Positions 14,538 through 18,852 of a DNA stretch of 18,852 bases are shown piece by piece; positions within the stretch are counted from its first letter, which is position 1; every line of letters begins with the position of its first letter. The translations under genes were made by a program, and so were the position numbers. Under the pieces are notes generated by a model that made no database searches, was not told the DNA's origin, and was given only the letters and a program-made list of their open reading frames with translations. This DNA comes from a virus, in the IMG/VR virus record IMGVR_UViG_3300045988_060630, positions 1-18,852 of that record; one strand, given 5' to 3'.

Positions 14538-14542
14538 AAGTA

Positions 14543-14551
14543 TGATATAAT
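14543..14551 (+). promoter_or_regulatory. Extended -10 promoter (TGaTATAAT) upstream of the packaging/lysis genes
   Basis: TG at 14543-14544 and TATAAT at 14546-14551, with no recognisable -35. It lies within the 11-mer aagtatgatat (14538-14548), which also occurs at 4382-4392 (+) and 4358-4368 (-). Confidence 0.6.
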
Positions 14552-14574
14552 GAAGTAGAAAGGAGTGGTTTTCT

Positions 14575-15657
14575 ATCGAAGAACAAGAAAAATGGTACAA
14601 TCCGCAGAAAATGCTATCTTATAACCAGTATCTTAATTTTGTAATTGGTGGGCGTGGGATTGGGAAAACCTTTGCACTCAAGAAATACCTATTTAAGCGT
14701 TTCATAGACAAAGGGGAGCAATTCATCTACCTAAGACGGAACAAGTCAGAGCTTGACCGAATAGACAAGGACAAGTTTTTTACTACGGAATTGCTTAAGC
14801 AAGTCTTTACAAATTTTGAGGTAATAGACAGTGACGCTAGTAAAATTCATACTAAGATTGTTTTCAGAGCTGACAACATGGAAGAAGAGGAAAATATACT
14901 TGTGTTGTCTTCTACTAAGATAATACTTAACGGGAAAATCGTTTGCTATCTCAAGAGCCTTTCTACATGGGTAGACTTGAAAGGGTCAGAGTATGATGAG
15001 GTAATGAGTATTTTATACGATGAAGTTCTAATAGACGTTACCAGTAAAAAGAGGTATCTCGATAACGAGGTAGAAGCGTTATTAAACTTTATCTTCTCAG
15101 TTTTCCGAAGACGTGACGGGTGTCATGCCTATCTACTATCAAATGCAAGTAATTTCAACAACCCCTATTTTGCCTTTCTTAAATTTTATGACGATAACGG
15201 CAAGCGGTTCTATAATTTGAAACAGTATGCTACGCTTATAGAGTTCCCCCCTCATTCAGCCTTTCAAACAGAGGAAGAAAAAGAGAGCGGATTCTTTAAG
15301 CTATTGAGTAAGTCCAGTATTTACGAGAGCGTAGCTAATAACGAATTTCAGATTAAGAACGATAAAAATATAGCGAAGATTAAAGGCTTGAAGTCTAGAC
15401 TGTATAGTTTCTATTGTGACGGTACTTTCTTAACAGGGTACTATATCGACAATATGGTTTATATCGCTAAAGGCTTTGACAAGAATTTGACCGCTTACTG
15501 TTTAGAAGTGGAGCAAGTGGAGGACGGTTTTGTTTACTTGAATAAGGCAAGCGCACTAGGTAAGACCCTGAGAAGTCTTTACCTTAAGAATATGTTTATT
15601 TATGAAGATTTAGAAACTAAAAATAAATTTATAGAGGTTATCAATCATGTTATATAA
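14575..15657 (+). CDS. DNA encapsidation (packaging) ATPase, phi29 gp16-like; probable ATC start
   Basis: Walker A is GGRGIGKT and Walker B-like is ILYDEV. The frame is open from 14554. The translated upstream segment [10 protein letters not shown] matches the phi29 gp16 N-terminus ([10 protein letters not shown] as I recall it), so translation must begin upstream of the ATG at 14611. The only near-cognate start is ATC at 14575, 9 nt after the AAAGGAG SD. The 3' end and the function are secure. Confidence 0.85.
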   Translation: MEEQEKWYNPQKMLSYNQYLNFVIGGRGIGKTFALKKYLFKRFIDKGEQFIYLRRNKSELDRIDKDKFFTTELLKQVFTNFEVIDSDASKIHTKIVFRADNMEEEENILVLSSTKIILNGKIVCYLKSLSTWVDLKGSEYDEVMSILYDEVLIDVTSKKRYLDNEVEALLNFIFSVFRRRDGCHAYLLSNASNFNNPYFAFLKFYDDNGKRFYNLKQYATLIEFPPHSAFQTEEEKESGFFKLLSKSSIYESVANNEFQIKNDKNIAKIKGLKSRLYSFYCDGTFLTGYYIDNMVYIAKGFDKNLTAYCLEVEQVEDGFVYLNKASALGKTLRSLYLKNMFIYEDLETKNKFIEVINHVI

Positions 15658-16051
15658 TATTATGTTAGAAGTTGCTAAAGGCGACTATATCACAATTCTC
15701 TTTGCTTTGATTCTGTTTGACTTTATCACAGGCTTTTTAAAGGCTTGGAAATGGAAAGTGACAGACAGCTGGACAGGGTTAAAAGGGGTTATCAAACATA
15801 CCCTAACGTTCATTTTTTACTACTTTGTAGCGGTATTTTTAACTTATATTCACGCTATGGCAGTCGGTCAGATTTTGCTAGTTATCATTAACTTATACTA
15901 TGCACTTTCAATTATGGAAAATCTCGCTGTTATGGGTGTCTTTATCCCTAAATTTATGACGGCTAGAGTACAGGAAGAATTGCAGAAATACACAGCACAA
16001 CTAGACGCAGGGAAAGACCTGCTAGAAGAATTTAAAGGAGATAAGAATTAA
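15647..16051 (+). CDS. Holin (134 aa, three predicted TM segments, charged C-tail)
   Basis: It lies directly upstream of the endolysin and overlaps it (TAATG). Hydrophobic segments are [34 protein letters not shown] and [25 protein letters not shown]. The tail is acidic/basic. Size and position match the Cp-1 holin. Confidence 0.85.
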   Translation: MLYNIMLEVAKGDYITILFALILFDFITGFLKAWKWKVTDSWTGLKGVIKHTLTFIFYYFVAVFLTYIHAMAVGQILLVIINLYYALSIMENLAVMGVFIPKFMTARVQEELQKYTAQLDAGKDLLEEFKGDKN

Positions 16052-17076
16052 TGGTTAAAAAGAATGATTTATTTATTGATGTTTCAAGTCACAACGGCTA
16101 CGATATAACAGGTATCTTGGAGCAGATGGGAACAACTAACACGATTGTTAAAATCTCAGAAAGTACGACCTATTTAAACCCTTGCTTGTCTGCTCAAGTG
16201 GAGCAGTCAAACCCTATCGGATTCTATCACTTTGCCCGTTTTGGTGGTGACGTAGCAGAAGCAGAAGCAGAAGCACGCTTTTTCCTTGATAACGTACCTA
16301 CACAAGTTAAATACCTTGTATTGGACTACGAAGACGACCCAAGCGGAGACGCACAGGCAAACACTAACGCCTGCTTGCGCTTTATGCAGATGATTGCAGA
16401 CGCTGGATATAAACCTATTTATTATAGTTATAAACCTTTCACACTTGAAAACGTGGACTATCAGCAGATTTTAGCGCAATTCCCTAATTCTCTATGGATT
16501 GCTGGATATGGCTTAAACGATGGTACAGCTAACTTTGAATATTTCCCAAGCATGGACGGTATACGCTGGTGGCAATACTCTAGCAATCCGTTTGACAAGA
16601 ATATTGTACTATTGGACGATGAAGAAGATAATGTAAGCAGTAAAAACACTATAAAAAACCTTAACACCGTAGCCAACGAGGTCATTCAAGGGCTTTGGGG
16701 CAACGGTCAAGAGCGTTATGACAGCTTGACAAATGCAGGTTATGACCCTCAAGCAGTTCAAGACAAAGTGAATGAAATCTTAAACGCTGGAGAAGTTGCA
16801 GACCTTAACACCGTAGCCAACGAGGTCATTCAAGGGCTTTGGGGCAACGGTCAAGAGCGTTATGACAGCTTGACAAATGCAGGTTATGACCCTCAAGCAG
16901 TTCAAGACAAAGTGAATGAAATCTTAAACGCTGGAGAAGTTACAGACCTTACCACCGTAGCCAACGAAGTCATTCAAGGGCTTTGGGGCAACGGTCAAGA
17001 GCGTTATGACAGCTTGGCAAATGCAGGTTATGACCCTCAAGCAGTTCAAGACAAAGTAAATGAAATACTTTCATAA
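16051..17076 (+). CDS. cpl7: Endolysin: GH25 muramidase plus three CW_7 cell-wall-binding repeats (Cpl-7 type)
   Basis: The N-terminal ~190 aa ([29 protein letters not shown]...YHFARF...LVLDYEDDP...WWQYSS) is the Cpl-1/Cpl-7 GH25 catalytic module as I recall it. The C-terminus has three 48-aa repeats (LNTVANEVIQGLWGNGQERYDSLTNAGYDPQAVQDKVNEIL), the Cpl-7 CW_7 architecture, and is not made of choline-binding repeats. Confidence 0.95.
   Translation: MVKKNDLFIDVSSHNGYDITGILEQMGTTNTIVKISESTTYLNPCLSAQVEQSNPIGFYHFARFGGDVAEAEAEARFFLDNVPTQVKYLVLDYEDDPSGDAQANTNACLRFMQMIADAGYKPIYYSYKPFTLENVDYQQILAQFPNSLWIAGYGLNDGTANFEYFPSMDGIRWWQYSSNPFDKNIVLLDDEEDNVSSKNTIKNLNTVANEVIQGLWGNGQERYDSLTNAGYDPQAVQDKVNEILNAGEVADLNTVANEVIQGLWGNGQERYDSLTNAGYDPQAVQDKVNEILNAGEVTDLTTVANEVIQGLWGNGQERYDSLANAGYDPQAVQDKVNEILS
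16658..17073 (+). repeat. Tandem 144-bp direct repeats (2.9 copies) encoding the CW_7 modules
   Basis: The copies are 16658-16801, 16802-16945 and 16946-17073. By direct comparison, copies 1 and 2 differ at one base (g/a at 16798 vs 16942). Copy 3 has four substitutions and then diverges in its last ~10 nt. Confidence 0.95.
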
Positions 17077-17084
17077 CAAATAAA

Positions 17085-17115
17085 AGCTAGTAGAAAATTT
17101 CTACTAGCTGTTTTT
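17085..17115. terminator. Bidirectional rho-independent terminator between the convergent operons
   Basis: Perfect 10-bp stem agctagtaga (17085-17094) / tctactagct (17100-17109) with loop aaatt, flanked by an A-run on the left and gttttt on the right. The stop codon of the minus-strand ORF (17104-17106) lies in the right arm. Confidence 0.85.
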
Positions 17116-17520
17116 ATATTCTGCTATGATTTTATAAGCGTCCTCATCTGGATTGTCCAGAGCAAGGGAGCAGATGGCAGACAGAACGCTATTCATCTGA
17201 TTGTATTTCTGTAAATAGTGATTTTCAAGCTGTTTATAGTTGCTGATGTGTTTTTCATATCCAGCTAGTGAAAAAGAGTGATGTAGGTTTATCAGTTGCT
17301 GGGTAAGCCTTGCCTTGTCTAAGCCGTCAGGGTATGCTTTCATCATTTCTGAAAGCGTTTCAAGATAGCTGGTAAATGAATGTATAACCAGTTCATCAAG
17401 CGTTACCATACCTCGAACGCTGGAAGCGGTCAGGCTTGCAATCTTTTGCCCGTGTAGTCTTAAACTGTTTTCAAATTGTAAGGCTATTTCTTGCCCCTCT
17501 AAGCGTGTTTTGTCTTCCAT
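17104..17520 (-). CDS. Hypothetical early protein (138 aa, predicted all-helical)
   Basis: Minus-strand ORF with a GGGGG SD 8 nt upstream. It is the last gene of the right-end inward-reading operon. Confidence 0.7.
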   Translation of the reverse strand: MEDKTRLEGQEIALQFENSLRLHGQKIASLTASSVRGMVTLDELVIHSFTSYLETLSEMMKAYPDGLDKARLTQQLINLHHSFSLAGYEKHISNYKQLENHYLQKYNQMNSVLSAICSLALDNPDEDAYKIIAEYKNS

Positions 17521-17524
17521 AGTA

Positions 17525-17767
17525 TCAACCCCCTACATTCTCTAAATAAGCGACAAGGCGCAAGATAGAAGCCGTGTTGCTATCGTTTTCTCGCTTTAAC
17601 TTCGTAATGATGCTTTGATGTTGCTCAAGCTGTTTTTGTTGCTTGAAAATGGTATAGGTCAGTAGTGACATAATCACTAGAAAAACCAGTATAGCAAGAT
17701 TGCAAGAAGCGAACCACCAGAACCAGAAACGTCCCTTTTTATTTAATTTGTTATATGAATTTTTCAT
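17525..17767 (-). CDS. Small membrane protein (80 aa): basic N-terminus, one TM helix, coiled-coil-like tail
   Basis: The sequence has KKGRFWFWWFASCNLAILVFLVIMSLLTYTIF followed by KQQKQLEQHQSIITKLKREND. The architecture and right-end early location resemble phi29 p16.7, but this protein is shorter. Confidence 0.65.
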   Translation of the reverse strand: MKNSYNKLNKKGRFWFWWFASCNLAILVFLVIMSLLTYTIFKQQKQLEQHQSIITKLKRENDSNTASILRLVAYLENVGG

Positions 17768-17771
17768 TTTA

Positions 17772-18047
17772 CTAAAACCCTAGTTTATATAATTCCCTTT
17801 CTATTGATAAATAAATAACCTCAAAAGAACCTTTATAAACCTTAGAACCATCACTCAAATATTGAGGATAAACATCAATTAAATTATAATCGTGAATATA
17901 AAAATCTTCTATTTCTTCGATTTTATCCTTAAAATACTGTTTTATAAGTTCTAATGAAGAATAAGGGCAATAATCAAAATGATATAATTTAACTATCTTT
18001 CTAACCCTTTCAATTTCACTAGGAAAAATCTTTTCTAAACAATCCAT
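17772..18047 (-). CDS. Hypothetical early protein (91 aa; track start 18083 is less likely)
   Basis: The in-frame ATG at 18047 follows GGAAGGGAG and lies directly after the upstream stop (18049-18051). Starting at 18083 would overlap the upstream gene by 35 nt. The region is very AT-rich. Confidence 0.6.
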   Translation of the reverse strand: MDCLEKIFPSEIERVRKIVKLYHFDYCPYSSLELIKQYFKDKIEEIEDFYIHDYNLIDVYPQYLSDGSKVYKGSFEVIYLSIERELYKLGF

Positions 18048-18048
18048 A

Positions 18049-18318
18049 CTAATATCGCTCCCTTCCTTGTATAAAACGTTCATAAGCTGATTTTAAGCAA
18101 TAATGACTATATTTTGAAAATTTAAGGTCTTTGATATTCTCAAATATTATCAACTCTTTTTTATTTTTGCTTTCAAACAAATTTTCAGAATATTCTGAAA
18201 AACCTTTAATAAGATAGTATTTTCTTTCTGCTTCCAGCCTTTCATCTGAAAATGTTTTTAAGCATTGAATCTTGAGAGGCGTTACCCCCTCAAGAATAAT
18301 CTGAAATTTAGCTATCAT
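18049..18318 (-). CDS. Hypothetical early protein (89 aa)
   Basis: Minus-strand ORF with an AAGAGGG SD 8 nt upstream, in the AT-rich region. No motifs recognised. Confidence 0.65.
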   Translation of the reverse strand: MIAKFQIILEGVTPLKIQCLKTFSDERLEAERKYYLIKGFSEYSENLFESKNKKELIIFENIKDLKFSKYSHYCLKSAYERFIQGRERY

Positions 18319-18319
18319 T

Positions 18320-18538
18320 CTATAAACCCTCTTTACTTAAATACTCATATTTTCCGTCTTTAAAGACTAAAAGTTTAGTTGGATTTAGCTTAAACCCTAA
18401 ATCACATTTAAGCCTTGCCCTTATTGTATTATAGTCTCTAGCTGATGATTTTGCAAATGATAGCTTAATAACTCTAACATAAGCCTTATAAGGTTCGTCC
18501 CTATAAACGTAATAGAATTTGAAAAAATATGTTTCCAT
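18320..18538 (-). CDS. Hypothetical early protein (72 aa, Tyr/Lys-rich)
   Basis: Minus-strand ORF with an AAAGGG SD, in the AT-rich region. No motifs recognised. Confidence 0.65.
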   Translation of the reverse strand: METYFFKFYYVYRDEPYKAYVRVIKLSFAKSSARDYNTIRARLKCDLGFKLNPTKLLVFKDGKYEYLSKEGL

Positions 18539-18552
18539 ACTCTACCCTTTCT

Positions 18553-18801
18553 TTAATCATTGATATAAGCAACAAGAGCGTAAGCGTCAAGCCAATTATC
18601 AATAGAACCGCTACGAGCCAATAAATGATAGATATGTTCTGGTGTTTTACCTTTATTTAATTCAAAAAATTGTTTTAAAACGTTTGGTGTAACACTTGCC
18701 AAGGCTAACAAAACTCTTGGCGATTGGCTATCAAGTGGATAATCTTTAATAATACCCATTGCAAACTCTTGAAACTCTTTTAATTGTGTCATATATTTCA
18801 T
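18553..18801 (-). CDS. Hypothetical early protein (82 aa); start codon inside the right ITR
   Basis: The ATG (complement of 18799-18801) and the GAGG SD are ITR-encoded and identical to those of the leftmost gene. Confidence 0.7.
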   Translation of the reverse strand: MKYMTQLKEFQEFAMGIIKDYPLDSQSPRVLLALASVTPNVLKQFFELNKGKTPEHIYHLLARSGSIDNWLDAYALVAYIND

Positions 18802-18852
18802 TTTTCTTACCTCTTTATCTTTCTGATACCATTATAGCATTTCTTGAAATGC
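18798..18852. repeat. Right inverted terminal repeat (perfect 55-bp copy)
   Basis: Reverse complement of nt 1-55. It contains the mirrored promoter, SD and ATG of the rightmost minus-strand ORF. Confidence 0.95.
18831..18839 (-). promoter_or_regulatory. Extended -10 promoter (TGcTATAAT) inside the right ITR
   Basis: Mirror image of 14-22, upstream of the minus-strand ORF that starts at 18801. Confidence 0.6.

Noticed and set aside
16658-17073. The tandem repeats as a possible CRISPR array or a non-coding satellite.
   Set aside because: The repeats are contiguous 144-bp units with no spacers, in frame within the endolysin ORF, and they encode the CW_7 binding modules.
52-18801. Possible paralogy between the leftmost and rightmost ORF products (MITEQKLKDTLMGI... 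versus MKYMTQLKEFQEFAMGI...).
   Set aside because: The similarity is limited to roughly the first 15 residues and is explained by the decayed extension of the ITR. The rest of the two proteins does not align by eye.
1-18852. A search for a lysogeny module, toxin-antitoxin pairs, a reverse transcriptase/DGR, tRNAs and CRISPR arrays.
   Set aside because: None of the ORF translations shows integrase, recombinase, repressor, RT or nuclease signatures, and no spacer-repeat arrays are present. The gene content fits a strictly virulent phi29-like phage.

Overview
This window looks like a complete or nearly complete 18.85-kb linear genome of a virulent phi29-like podophage of the streptococcal Cp-1/Cp-7 group (Picovirinae/Salasmaviridae type). 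The two ends are perfect 55-bp inverted terminal repeats. Genes at 52-17076 are on the + strand. They run in this order: three small early ORFs, terminal protein, protein-primed family-B DNA polymerase, two small replication-region ORFs, an ORF-free gap with a candidate minus-strand packaging RNA, scaffold-like protein, a very acidic small ORF, major capsid protein, portal/connector, collar-like protein, a Prp-family maturation protease, fibre/appendage proteins, a tail-knob gene split in two with embedded lysozyme and CHAP domains, gp16-type packaging ATPase, holin, and a Cpl-7-type endolysin (GH25 plus three CW_7 repeats). Six small early ORFs read inward from the right end on the - strand, and three of them lie in a markedly AT-rich island. 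I found no integrase, repressor, tRNA or CRISPR array. Points worth a second look: (1) the ITR carries an extended -10 promoter, an SD and the ATG of both terminal operons, with no room for a -35 element; (2) the pRNA-like locus has a palindromic pair of divergent promoters; (3) the packaging ATPase probably starts at a non-AUG (ATC) codon; (4) the two tail-knob halves are in the same frame, separated by a single TAA; (5) the capsid protease belongs to the Prp (L27-processing) family; (6) the right-end early module contains an AT-rich orphan-gene island. All functional calls rest on motif recognition and my recollection of phi29/Cp-1 proteins. No searches were run.
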